A DNA stretch of 64,000 bases. Origin: Psilocybe cubensis. Lineage: Eukaryota. This document shows, in pieces, positions 23,437 to 34,709 of the stretch. The notes under the pieces were generated by a model, which had not been told where the DNA came from, made no database searches, and saw nothing but the letters and a program-made list of their open reading frames with translations. Where the stretch lies: positions 3,100,001 through 3,164,000 of the forward strand of contig CM038999.1 of assembly GCA_017499595.2 (NCBI GenBank). The letters run 5' to 3'. Numbering within the stretch: the stretch's first letter is position 1; each line of letters opens with the position of its first letter. A program made the position numbers and the translations under genes.

Positions 23437-24325
23437 AACCTGGAAGACAAAAAAAAATACAGCAACCTCTTTCGCATTCACTCACTGCGATTTGTATCTT
23501 TTTTATATCTTGATACCATTTCACACTTTGCTTTGTTTTATTTTTTTTTGCAGTGTTGACATAGTATTCTATACCCCACCAAGTAACGACCCACATACGC
23601 ATATCGACGACACCTTCTACCGACATCATTCCCCCACATCCTGTCATTCCCACTACCTTTATACCTAATATTTCCAACTGTTCATTTACCTATTCCCACT
23701 GCACATTTCATATCCGATATATCCTACCCAATTTTACCCCCACAAAAATCCACCCGTGTATTCTTTATCCATCTTCTGTTTTTCCTTTGATTTTCGACAT
23801 GTATACGACGTGCGCGTAACATGTATTTTTTAGTTTTGTGTACCATATGTTTACTCTACCTCGCGCCGGCTTGCTCCAACCGTGGATAGATGTGTTTTTG
23901 TTATGTAGTGTCGGGCCCATTACCGCTGTTCCATCCCCGTTTTCTTGTGTCACTACTACCAAAAACCTTGACTTCTCTTGAACATTTTTACTTTTGTAAA
24001 TTATTGATAATACTCTATCTAGTTACGCATTAAAATCGCAGTAATTGAATGGAATTGACCTTGACTGGTGACTGAATTGTTATCGCAGAAAGTGGATTTG
24101 CGAAGATACAGTATTTGCTCCTTCTGGCAGTTGTGTACTCCCACACATTACACGCCACCTGAACAGTGTGCATCTTAACATTTGGTACCGAACTGGATGC
24201 ATTAAGGCAGCCTATTTATTATTTCACACGAAATGCACACAAATTTGTAGTTGTTTTACCAAAAAAAGATATATTTGTAGCCAATAAATGTGTACATAGG
24301 GTTAGGGTTAAAAGAAAGAAAAGTC

Positions 24326-24508
24326 AAAAAAGAGAGCCTGCCCAGCCAGAGTGGCCGAAGCAGGACAGGAAAATATTGAGACGGTGCATGAGCCTAAGCC
24401 CATACAAACCGCAGACACCCCCTGAGGACATGGTCGCCGTGCTATGGGGGATTTCCACGGCCCACAAACCCAGGTACTTGAAGGGGCTTATGCCATCAAG
24501 GTAAGTAT
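24326..24508 (-). ncRNA. U1-like small RNA gene, copy 2 (body intact, separated from its promoter by the Ngaro insertion)
   Basis: Identical to 11162-11344; its upstream sequence resumes at 31053. Confidence 0.7.
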
Positions 24509-24813
24509 AAGATATATTTCGCTCGGATTAAATTGCACTTTTTCGGAATGTGCTAAATTTGAGTAGAAGTGAAAGGAGGAGAAGGTGACAGAATATCCGA
24601 GTTATCTGATATTCCGTGGGTGCGTAGGGCTTTGGCGGGTGGTCAGGAAAGACCAAGTGAAGGTCACGAGAAATGACCGGATTCGAAGTGAGACACGCAA
24701 AGCGCGAGTCGTGAGGAAACGAAAGCGAGGAGAAAGGTTTAGCCGCCAAAGGCCTGAGCGCTTGGATCGAACCACGTGGAAATCGCAAACGAGAACCAAC
24801 GGTGGCAGTACCA
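24507..24813 (-). repeat. Ngaro split direct repeat B2
   Basis: Identical to 25152-25458. Confidence 0.95.
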
Positions 24814-24851
24814 AACACTGGAAAAAGGAAAGAAAAGGGAGAGGAGGGTGG

Positions 24852-25153
24852 GCTCAAAAGAAAAATCGGAGGCGAGTCGAGGGGAAAGACGAGATGAGAC
24901 TGGACGAGTCTGAAGACGAGCCGGTAGGGGAGAAAAATACGAGGACAACTTTTATTATATAGATGTACAGAAATTAAAGAATCAACAGAAGAGACTGGGG
25001 AGGTATGACAGGTGAGACCTGACAAGTGTCAGGTTCAGGAACCGGAAGACGTTAAGACGATCATTAAAACAGAGAAGACAAAACTCAAATAAGCAATCGT
25101 CATCCTCGCTGCTATCTTATCCATAGATGAGTGCTACGCACTCATCGTGGAAT
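24852..25153 (-). repeat. Ngaro split direct repeat A2
   Basis: Identical to 30751-31052; abuts B1 through the shared AT (25152-25153). Confidence 0.95.
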
Positions 25154-25458
25154 AAGATATATTTCGCTCGGATTAAATTGCACTTTTTCGGAATGTGCTA
25201 AATTTGAGTAGAAGTGAAAGGAGGAGAAGGTGACAGAATATCCGAGTTATCTGATATTCCGTGGGTGCGTAGGGCTTTGGCGGGTGGTCAGGAAAGACCA
25301 AGTGAAGGTCACGAGAAATGACCGGATTCGAAGTGAGACACGCAAAGCGCGAGTCGTGAGGAAACGAAAGCGAGGAGAAAGGTTTAGCCGCCAAAGGCCT
25401 GAGCGCTTGGATCGAACCACGTGGAAATCGCAAACGAGAACCAACGGTGGCAGTACCA
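25152..25458 (-). repeat. Ngaro split direct repeat B1
   Basis: Identical to 24507-24813. Confidence 0.95.
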
Positions 25459-25682
25459 GACGGAGCGCAAGCTCACCACCAACGCCGTGGGTTCTCGGGC
25501 CACAAGGAAGACCCAAGCAGAGCTGAGCACCAATGTTAGAAGAGGACGGACGTTGATATCAAACCAGATGTCAAGAAAATAAGCATGATTTAATTGAGTG
25601 AACACAGGATAAGTTTATACCGGAATAAAGTAGCGAGAAGGGAAATATTGCAGCAGAGAGTAGGTAAATAAAGTACAATGGT

Positions 25683-27557
25683 CTATAAGTTGAGAGAAGC
25701 AGCATTGGAGAGCGAGGATTGCGAGATGTTACAGTTGATGCGGAATTGTTCGACAGAAGCGGAAACATTATCTAGGTTTGATTTGGAATATGCAGCAGAT
25801 GTACAGGATGGGATGATTTCAGCCATACGGCGCCAATAAAGAAGGAAAGCGAGCGAGGTCCAGCCACCGGTGGCGGCCACAACCTGGAGAGAAAGAGATA
25901 AGAGATATGAAGGGAAGGAGATGAAGAGAAATACCTCAGGAGGGACACCGGCAAGGAGGAGGGTAACCGCACCACCAATGCGGAAGGAGTGGCCGGATAT
26001 GTGAGCGAGGTTAAGACGGTCCCACACTTTGCACACAAATTGCAGAAAAGTGTGTTTGTACAAGTGGGCCCAACCCCCATTGTTGGTGCGGTAAGCGAAG
26101 AGAGATGATAAGGGAGGAGGATTTCTGTTGATAATCATATGGTTGAGAAGAGCAGAGACAGGGCACAGAGCATCTCTGCGGGCAGTGATGATGATATCTG
26201 CGCCCTCCTCGTGTGTGGTTTTGGTCCAGGGGATGTGGAAACTAGCCGAGACGGCAGAACCATTGATATAGCGAAAGTTTATGAGAGAGTCGGAGGCGCA
26301 AACGTTGAGCAGTGGAGAGAAGGAGGAGGCAGACTTGACAGTGGTTTCCCCAAGACGACGACAGCCGAAAAAGGTAACAAGGGCACAAGCCCAAACTGCC
26401 GCATCGAAGGGTTTTGAGATGTCGATGGAATTGCGGAGGGCAAGAAGATGTTCGATGGAAACCGGAGCACGCGGAGGACGCTTGAAGGCTACACCAGCCT
26501 TACTGGCTGCTTTCCGTGCAAGAGACAGCCATTCGTTGTCTCCGTGCCAATCAGCCCCTTTGAGGACATGCCAAGCTCTGACACCGGCAAGCCAGGATTT
26601 GACTGTATTGCCAGAAACGCGACCGGAGGCCCAGTCAACAAAGGCAGTAAGGGTAACGATGGATGCGGGCATGCGGGAAGGCTCGGAGATGGAAGATTCG
26701 TCGCAGAATTCATGAAAACGTTTGAGACCTGCCGCATAGGTGGATTTTGAATTATCAGCGAGGGCCCGTGCCACGAGGTCGTAAGCCCGGTCCACTACAG
26801 CTGGGGGATGAGATGAGGACAGGTCCATTCTGTGAGACTGATCAAAAGAGGAAGTCCAAGAAGTGAGGCGAGCAGCAGCAGGAACGTTGGGGCGGAAAGG
26901 ATGAGATGATGATAAAGGGTTTGATGAAACAGGAGGAAGGTTATTTAACACGGGAGGTGAAGAGACCTTAGCTAACGAAGGGGAACAGGATGGTGAGGGA
27001 AGGGGTTGTGAAACTGGAGAAAGTACTGGAATCTGAGGGTTTAAATAAGAAGAAGGGGATCCGGGGGGAAGCAGGAAAGGAACAGGGCGAGGGTGAAACT
27101 TTTTGGAAGAAGATAGAATTGGAAGTGAAGAAACTTTAGAAGGGAAAGAAGAAGAAGAGCGGCTACGACGAGGTTTACTAGAACGTACAATTTTAGAAGA
27201 AGGGGGGTCAGAAAGCAAAGAGGAAAAGGGATGAGATTGGAACTGTGAAATGGGGATGTTTGATAGCGACACGCGGCGCGGAAGGGAAGTCGAGGAAGCG
27301 GACTCCCCACACGTGGAGCATCGGCCTTCCCGAGGCCCTTTATGCGAACAATGCATTGGGCAGGAAAGAGGAGCGGAGCTCGCCAGGCAGCGAGAAGCGA
27401 ACCTCCAATTCAAAGCCGAGAGGACCACCCAATCCGCGCGAGAGGGGGTCAGCAGGATTCTCTTTGGAAGCAACGTAGGATAATTCTGGAACAATATAAA
27501 TGGAAGAGAGGACAGCACAAGAACGACGGATGGAGAGGTTGATGTGAGGGTTAGCAC
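25683..27557 (-). CDS. Tyrosine recombinase of the Ngaro element (start uncertain; 51-nt intron 25884-25934)
   Basis: SAM-like N-domain ALADNSKSTYAAGLKRF; catalytic motifs FFGCRRLGE, IPWTKT, GHSFRIGG, GGW, LLYWR. Confidence 0.92.
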   Translation of the reverse strand: MLTLTSTSPSVVLVLSSLPFILFQNYPTLLPKRILLTPSRADWVVLSALNWRFASRCLASSAPLSCPMHCSHKGPREGRCSTCGESASSTSLPRRVSLSNIPISQFQSHPFSSLLSDPPSSKIVRSSKPRRSRSSSSFPSKVSSLPILSSSKKFHPRPVPFLLPPGSPSSYLNPQIPVLSPVSQPLPSPSCSPSLAKVSSPPVLNNLPPVSSNPLSSSHPFRPNVPAAARLTSWTSSFDQSHRMDLSSSHPPAVVDRAYDLVARALADNSKSTYAAGLKRFHEFCDESSISEPSRMPASIVTLTAFVDWASGRVSGNTVKSWLAGVRAWHVLKGADWHGDNEWLSLARKAASKAGVAFKRPPRAPVSIEHLLALRNSIDISKPFDAAVWACALVTFFGCRRLGETTVKSASSFSPLLNVCASDSLINFRYINGSAVSASFHIPWTKTTHEEGADIIITARRDALCPVSALLNHMIINRNPPPLSSLFAYRTNNGGWAHLYKHTFLQFVCKVWDRLNLAHISGHSFRIGGAVTLLLAGVPPEVFLFISFPSYLLSLSLQVVAATGGWTSLAFLLYWRRMAEIIPSCTSAAYSKSNLDNVSASVEQFRINCNISQSSLSNAASLNL

Positions 27558-30500
27558 TGCGGCCCTTGGTAAAGGCGCCTATAGTGCCTTGATTATCTGA
27601 GTGAATCAGGAGGCGGATGTTGGATAGAGGTAAGCCCTCAATGATGTAGATGAGGAGTTCAATAGCGATGGTTTCCAGCCAACAGATGTCGCGTCGGCCA
27701 ACCTTCCAGGAAGAGGACAACTGGAAGGCCGCCCATTTCCCATCAATAACAATACCAATGCCCCAGGAGGTGCTGGCGTCCACGAAGATCTGTCGATCAA
27801 CGACGGGACCAAGCGGTGAAAGGAGACGGGTGATGCCCACAGAGGATAAAATGGGAATCCACCAACTGACGTCTGTCAAAACCGATGGAGGGGGGTAACG
27901 GCTTGCGTATTCATTGTCATTAAAGGAGGCAGCGAAGTTAGAGAGGGAAGGGAGGTGTGAACGACCAAGGGGATATACAATGGTAATGTAGCAGAGAGAA
28001 CCGTGCAAACTCTCCACCTGACTGAGTCGACACCGATGGCCACTGAAATTGTCAAGGAAGTGACGAGCGCGGGCGAGGAATTTTAGGCGCTTAGGATCGG
28101 CCAACGCAACTGTGTGGTTGGCAAAGTCCCAGACCAGGCCCAAAAAGATAGTGGAGGAGGAGAAAGTGCGAGTGCCCTTGGTGGGATGCCAAGGGACACC
28201 TAGGTCACTGACATGCGACATCATTGAGTCCCAATCGTAGTCGTAGCGGAAGGCTCCGTCCACAAAGGGGCCAGAGAGGGAGGGGCTGCGAAGGATGTTG
28301 AGGTCATCCTCGTACTTCAGGATAGGCTTGACGCCAGATGCAATCCAGATATCAACTAGAGCATTGGCAATCATGCCTGCATTGGAACTGGCGCAAGCAG
28401 CACCGAAGGGATGAACATGATCGATGTAGAACTCGTCTTCCCCAAGACCTTGAACAACAAGCCATGGCTTGTGGTCTGGGAAGACAGGGCATGTGCGGTG
28501 GAATTTTTCAATGTCTACCGTCACCGCCTGAGTGCCCGGGGGGGCCATAGCAACCTGAAGAAGGTATCAGAGAGGAAGAGGGAAAGTCAAGATAAGATGA
28601 AGTAGGAAGGGAAGCAAAGAGATGAGGGAGTGCATTGTGCGGATAGAGGAGAAAGGGAAAGGTGGAGGAGGAGGGAGGGGAGGAGAAAAGGAAGGGATGA
28701 AGGGAGGGGAGGGGATGAAAGGAGAAGGAGGGGATGGAGGAGAGGAGGATAGACGTACGATGTCAGCCACGCGGACGGCAGTGTCAAAGCGTGTCGGAAA
28801 ATCGGATTTACGGATGAAAGAGTTCACCGATGGAACTTGGGAGGTAGCCTTGGAGAGATTGCGACAAATACGAATTTTGTCGGGCTCTCCAGGAGCTTGA
28901 GGTTGGATTGCAACAATGAGAGGGGAGGATTGGAAAGGTCCGCGGAGGATTTTTTCAATGAGATCTCTGGGGAAAGGACCAGTCATACGACCAGCAGAAA
29001 CCTCGTCATTGATGTAGGCCGAAACCTCCGCAGGAAAGAGAGAACAAGAGGGATGGTTTTTTAGGATGTGGGTGGAGGAGAGAGGAGGCATGGGACCAAG
29101 AGGAAAGCCGGATGAAAGGTTGCGAACAAGGAGTGGGTAAGTTGAGGAGAGGTTGAATTTTTTGAGAGCGGAATGAAAGGCAGCGGGTGAGTAGGGAGTG
29201 ACAATGCGCGAAAAGATATTGGGGAGAGTGTGTAAAGAAGGAGAGAATGGGGGGCGGACATGAATGCGAGAGGAAAAGTCGGGATAAAAAAGGCGGGGAG
29301 GAGAAGAGAAGAAAGATGAATTAGTTGTAGGCAGGTCTTGCCCGACAGGTGAAGGAGAAAGCGTGATGGGATTTAGAACCACAGAAGCAGCAGATGTGGG
29401 AACGGGCAGTGCCGTGTCCGCATGGGGTAGGGTTGTTGGGGCCCCTGATGTTAAAGGAAAGACAGATTTCTCTGTTGTCAGGAGCAAGGAGTTTCCCATC
29501 TTGGGAGTGGGCCCAGGCATTCTTACCATCTGGGAACTTAGCCGGGACTTTGTCTTTGGGATGGGAGCCGAGGGAGTGACCGACCTCTGCACAAAGGAGG
29601 CAGATAGGTGGGCCGGTAGATGACCTATTGCCTGATTGAAAAAGAGTGTTGGAGGAGGAATTGCCAGAGCGGCGATTAGAGGAGAAGGATTTGAAACGAG
29701 ATACGGACTCTTCGAGTGAAGCAAGTTTGGAGGAGAGGGCTGCCACCTGAGATTGTGCAGCCTGGGCCTGTCTGTACTCCGAGATAGCATGGTTAAACGC
29801 GGTCTCGTAGTCAAGAACAGAGAAACGTTGAAGGAAAGTGTGAGTATCACGACGCAATTTGAACTCTGCCACCTTCCATGCCGGATAAAGGGCGACAGAA
29901 TCAGGGCGAGAGCTCCAGAAAGAAAAATGACCAGTCCAAATGGAAATCCACTCATCATCAGAAGCGCGCTCCCTCTGAAAGCGGGTATATTGATCGGCAG
30001 CTTGCATGAAAGAACCAAAATCAAGGGAAAGCTCTTCCCCCAATTTGGCGGTAAGCTTTTCGATGTCGAGGATGTAGAGAGCTTTCGAGTCTGGAGAAAT
30101 TGAATTGGACTTCTTGATAGGAAGGCTGGCAAGGTTGTCAATGATGTAACGGAGACTTTTTTGAGTGAAAAAGGGAAGAGGGAGATTAGCCTGAGCTTTT
30201 TCCGTCTGGAACATGATTTCTGGAAAAGCAATGACGGTAGGAGCCATCGGATCACGAATAGAAAGGGACGAGCCTTGCATGCATCTGCGCTTGGCAATTC
30301 TGTCCTCAGCAGAGGAAGGGAGGTCTTTGATGGAAGAGTCCTCGATAGATCTTTTCTGTTCTCTGGCAAGGGAGTCCTGTTCAGAGAGCCAGGCAATGAG
30401 ATAATCAGGGATTTCATCTTTATCCAGATATTTTTTAGCAATAGCAGGAATTCTGAGCTGAGCCTCGTCATCGGGTGAAAGAGAGATAACGGAGGCCTCG

Positions 30501-30582
30501 GGGGATCCGGGCATAGGAAAAGCCGCGGGATCCAGACTATGATTAGCAGTTTTGGTGATGCGCTCGAGATTTTTTGCCACAA
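27340..30582 (-). CDS. Reverse transcriptase/RNase H of the Ngaro element (conserved part starts ~29240; 204-nt intron 28555-28758; start uncertain)
   Basis: GPFQSSPL, KIRICRNLS, VDIEKFHR, HPFG, YEDD, FLG; RNase H FVDAS, WLE, HSDN, NPADPLSRG. Confidence 0.9.
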
Positions 30583-30745
30583 TGGCCTTGTTGCGAGCCA
30601 GTTTCAGAGGCAGAGGCAGAGATTTTAAGACAGCATAAGCAGCGGGAACAGCACGGGTAATGTGCGCTCTGGGAGGATTAGCAGGCGGCGCTGGGACGGG
30701 AGACGGTGCGCGAGAGTCGTGAACGGATTGGCCGGCTTCAGACAT
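29321..30745 (-). CDS. Gag-like ORF1 of the Ngaro element
   Basis: ATG just inside of repeat A1; coiled coil followed by Cys/His motifs CLLCAEVGHSLGSH and C..FN...C.H....HICCFCGSKSH. Confidence 0.85.
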   Translation of the reverse strand: MSEAGQSVHDSRAPSPVPAPPANPPRAHITRAVPAAYAVLKSLPLPLKLARNKAIVAKNLERITKTANHSLDPAAFPMPGSPEASVISLSPDDEAQLRIPAIAKKYLDKDEIPDYLIAWLSEQDSLAREQKRSIEDSSIKDLPSSAEDRIAKRRCMQGSSLSIRDPMAPTVIAFPEIMFQTEKAQANLPLPFFTQKSLRYIIDNLASLPIKKSNSISPDSKALYILDIEKLTAKLGEELSLDFGSFMQAADQYTRFQRERASDDEWISIWTGHFSFWSSRPDSVALYPAWKVAEFKLRRDTHTFLQRFSVLDYETAFNHAISEYRQAQAAQSQVAALSSKLASLEESVSRFKSFSSNRRSGNSSSNTLFQSGNRSSTGPPICLLCAEVGHSLGSHPKDKVPAKFPDGKNAWAHSQDGKLLAPDNREICLSFNIRGPNNPTPCGHGTARSHICCFCGSKSHHAFSFTCRARPAYN

Positions 30746-30750
30746 GGCGA

Positions 30751-31052
30751 GCTCAAAAGAAAAATCGGAGGCGAGTCGAGGGGAAAGACGAGATGAGACT
30801 GGACGAGTCTGAAGACGAGCCGGTAGGGGAGAAAAATACGAGGACAACTTTTATTATATAGATGTACAGAAATTAAAGAATCAACAGAAGAGACTGGGGA
30901 GGTATGACAGGTGAGACCTGACAAGTGTCAGGTTCAGGAACCGGAAGACGTTAAGACGATCATTAAAACAGAGAAGACAAAACTCAAATAAGCAATCGTC
31001 ATCCTCGCTGCTATCTTATCCATAGATGAGTGCTACGCACTCATCGTGGAAT
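30751..31052 (-). repeat. Ngaro split direct repeat A1 (5' end of element)
   Basis: Identical to 24852-25153. Confidence 0.95.
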
Positions 31053-31112
31053 GAGTTGTTCGGATGTCGGTGCGATGTATTTATACTGGCTATCTGTGCA
31101 CGGACCATTTGA
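31053..31112 (-). promoter_or_regulatory. Displaced promoter of U1-like RNA copy 2, now directly upstream of the Ngaro element
   Basis: TCAAATGGTCCGTGCAC at -60..-44, TATAAATA at -33..-26, CGACATCCGAACAACTC at -17..-1; matches 11345-11404. Confidence 0.75.
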
Positions 31113-31313
31113 GCTTGTTTACACATCTTTTTGATCTCGTGCCTCGCCTTCGGTACCGATTCTTGACCACTTCTAAAAGCTTCTAACTCGAATAGTCGTT
31201 GAGGACCTGATGCATGGCTTACAAAATTGATATATATGAAGTTTCTTTTCACCTATGTACAGTTCAGCTTGCCAAATTGTAGTCGCAGATCTCCCACGGC
31301 GACTGTTGGCCAA

Positions 31314-32672
31314 TCATTGAATTTTAACTCGGTGAGTGGCCGGTTTCTCGTCCTCTTCTTCGTACAAGTTAATATCCCAAACAGGATCACACGTAGTATA
31401 GGGGATGTTAAATCTGCACAACAGTTATTGGTGTTGTCAATTTACACGCAAAGTACGCTTACCTAGTGCGATTGCCCTCGACGATACTGGAGACCTTTGC
31501 ATAGTCTTCTGGACTTAGCTCGATCTGCTGGAAGTTGGACAAGATGCGGTGTTCCTGTACGCTCTTTGGGATGACCGAATATCCCCGCGCTGCCCCCCAT
31601 GCTATCAATACTTGTGCTGGCGTGGCATTCAACTTCGAGGCTGTCTCTATAATGACATCATGGTCTGTCAACTTTGGTTTTCCGAGCACTGTGTACAACG
31701 GGTGTCAGTAAATGCAAACTTTCATATGAAATATTGCTCTCACGCACCGTTGTTTCCAAGAGGACTGTACGCGGTGATGTGGATGTTCTTTTCTTTGCAA
31801 TATTCAACCAAGTCGTCTTGAGGAAGGAGAGGGTGTGCTTCGATTTGGTTCACGATCTGCACGACAGATTAGTATTCGCTTCATTGCGTTGACGAAGTGG
31901 GCATTAAGAAAGCCGTCTTACTGGAACAACGCCTGTCGCATTGATAATCGCTTCCAAATGTTCAATAGTGAAATTCGACACTCCCAAAGATCTGACCTGT
32001 TCGGTATGTTACAATTTTTCTCTGGACTCGTGTTGATTTGATGCACCTACTTTCGACTTGGGGATTTTAATCATCGCTTTCCATGTATCGACCAAACTTG
32101 TTTCAGTATCCAATTCGACTTGTCCTTCCTTCGTGGGGTGAGGAGGGAAGAGTCCTCTTCCAGAGGCAAATGCAACTGGCCAATGAACAACTACGGATTG
32201 TCGAGATGTCAGTATTAACACAGTGTGGCGCACTTCCACAGCCGCAGCTGTCATTGCTATGTCTAAAATGGGGCACTTACGATATAGGTCCAAATACTCG
32301 AGTCCGAGCTGGGTGAGTGTCTCGTTGAGCTCCTTCTCGACCTCTTGCGGCTGATGTGCAGAGTTCCAGAGCTTCGATGTAATGAAAAGCTCTTCGCGCT
32401 TGACGACAGAGGGGATGACTTTCTTGAGCGCAGCACCAACTTCGTCTTGATTGCGATACACCATCGCGAGATCAAGGTGTCGGTACCCATTTCTTACGGC
32501 AATCTCAACCTAGGGACATAGGCGATCGATGAGCATCGTTTACAATGTTTGACATCATATCTATCCAACGCACCGCTTTCTCGACTTCATGAGGTTTGGA
32601 CAACCATGTCCCTAGTCCGATCTGAGGAATCTTCGAACCGTCAGAGAGGGTGATCGTCTTTCCAAACGACAT
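31314..32672 (-). CDS. Aldo-keto reductase (AKR1/Gcy1-like); multi-exon
   Basis: [71 protein letters not shown] at ~32760. Confidence 0.95.
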
Positions 32673-33430
32673 AATGTTATCGATAAAGTTAATACGTTGG
32701 TGGTAAGTAGGCGGAGCTTCGAGGGAAATCCCTTTGCATATTGAGGTGACTCTCGGACCCTTATAAAGAACACTTCCCATCCCGGAGTCTCGGTCCGCCA
32801 AAACCGGCCCGTGCGACAACAAAGATGGTCACTGGTCGTCGTTTTCCGTGTCTACCAACCCGTACCAGTCCAAAGCCTCGGGATAGAAGCTTACCGTTTT
32901 TGGCATACAATTTCCCGAATGCATTATACACCATTGTGGTTGTATGATGGCGCATATGATCGATAGAGAAACACCATTACCTCTGCTGTACTAGATAAGT
33001 GAATCGATATCTTTAAAAATCTCAGATTGTGTCAATCAGTGCCAGAATAGACGAGTACTGTAAGTTGGGAAGCTGTCGGAAACTGATTGAAGCCATGATA
33101 AGAGTCGGGAGAGTGCTTACTGCCAAGCGGTGAAAATCATTCCCCGAGTGGGGTTGCTGGCTTTTTATGTGGCCGACGGGCGCTTATTCGCCTAACGCGC
33201 TTAACATAACTCGTAATATAGGAGATCGCGCAAAGAATACAAAAGGAACTTGGCTAATGATGGGGAGAGACTATCCTTCCTACTACTACTACATACGAAG
33301 ATTTACTAGAGATGCGAAACGGCGATTTGTCCAATCAAACACCAGGGTACTACTGTTGTGCTACTTGTTATGGTCCAATTCTGAATCAGAAATTCGATGT
33401 ATGCTGACTGCCAAAAACCACCAAATGTGG

Positions 33431-34709
33431 TCAGCTGCTTGGGTATACTAGATTGTCCTCTGGATCTAAGTCGGGGATAAATATCATCCCAAGTACAATA
33501 ACCAGTGTAGTGCACACGAAGATTGTGCACGCGATCCCTACGACATGGGGGAGCCGCTCCCAGACATTACACACAATTCCGAGCAAGCTGAAGACGAAAC
33601 CAAGTAGCGTAAGTATGACGCATAGGACGTGAAAGCGTTGAAGGAGCTTTGTGGGGAGGGGATGGAGTTTGCGGCCTGGAAGGTCGTTGACCGTCGCCTG
33701 GCCAGATCCTGACCCACGAGTAGTAGCTCCGGCACCCGAAGTTACCCTGTTGTGGTTAGATGAATATACACTTGGATACTCCTTGAGCACCCAGATTGAT
33801 CTGCGCCTGCTGCGTTTGCGTGGGCTTTCCGTGAGACTTGGTGGAGGGCGCGTGAAGCAAAAATGGGAAGTCGAGTCAGCGGAAGCTTCTTGTACTCGGT
33901 GCTGGGTTGTCATCATTGGCTGTGCGTATTGATATTGAGGAATTCCACTCATGTTTCCGGTGGCCGTGTAAAGCTTCCCAGCGCCGCCTACGCCGAGGTC
34001 AATATCAGAGCGCTCTGCGGCGGTGGGGGAGGGGAAGAATGCATCGGTGCTGCCAGAGCCAGAGCCGTGATTTCTTCTCATGATGACTGTATCTTGCTCG
34101 ACTTTAGCCCACATGATGCGGTATTTAATCAGAAAGAAGCCTCCCAGAAATGATATAAATGCTATAGCATAAATATGTGTTATAGAGATCCATAGGTCTT
34201 TCGAAACATAGACGCACCTGCTAGGATGTGAAGAAGCAGCCCCCCTGTGAGGCCAACGTTCGCGGCTTGGGATGCAATAGAAAGGTCTGGATTGTATTGG
34301 TCTTGCGGCATCGTAATGCTCAGGAGCGTCGCCTCAGTGGAAGCGAAGAATATTGCCTAAAATAGGCAGAGCGTGGAAGGTCATTGTGGATCAACGTCAA
34401 TTACCGTGAAGATCATGAGAAGCTTGAATACATACGAGAACGCTGATCAATTGGAGTCGATCCATCCACGATTCGAGTAGGCGTCGCACGGCTCGTTCCT
34501 CTTCTTCCACAATTTGTGAATCTTGGTATAAAACAGGAATCTGATCATCACAGATGGTCAGGAAAAGCGCATCACCTACCATGGCTGGGACTCGCGGTAG
34601 GCGACTCCGTAGGTGTACAAAGAACTGGGGAGAAGGTACTTGAGTCCCCATTGGTGACTCCATGGGTTAGATTTAAAAGACCAAGTTTCCGACGATCTGA
34701 GGATGCCAT
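33431..34709 (-). CDS. Uncharacterised membrane protein (about 4-5 TM segments)
   Basis: Spliced reading MASSDRR...WMDRLQLISVL | AIFFASTEATLL...GLLLHILA | AFISFLGGFFLI...VLCVILTLLGFVFSLLGIVC; TATA at ~34765. Confidence 0.7.

Larger units (their letters stand above)
24507..31052 (-). mobile_element. Ngaro-type tyrosine-recombinase (DIRS order) retrotransposon, intact; A1-gag-RT/RH-YR-B1-A2-B2
   Basis: Split direct repeats A (302 bp) and B (307 bp), each pair identical by eye; gag, RT/RNase H and YR ORFs; no long TSD, only a shared AT core; no methyltransferase domain seen. Confidence 0.95.

Noticed and set aside
24895-24945. Hammerhead core candidate CTGAAGA...GAAA in repeat A
   Set aside because: Stem II and stem III do not form, and it is antisense to the element
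24166-25605. Duplicated ORFs in the ORF track (e.g. 24585-24962 and 25230-25526)
   Set aside because: They are by-products of the Ngaro A/B repeats and the RNA gene, with no protein-like features
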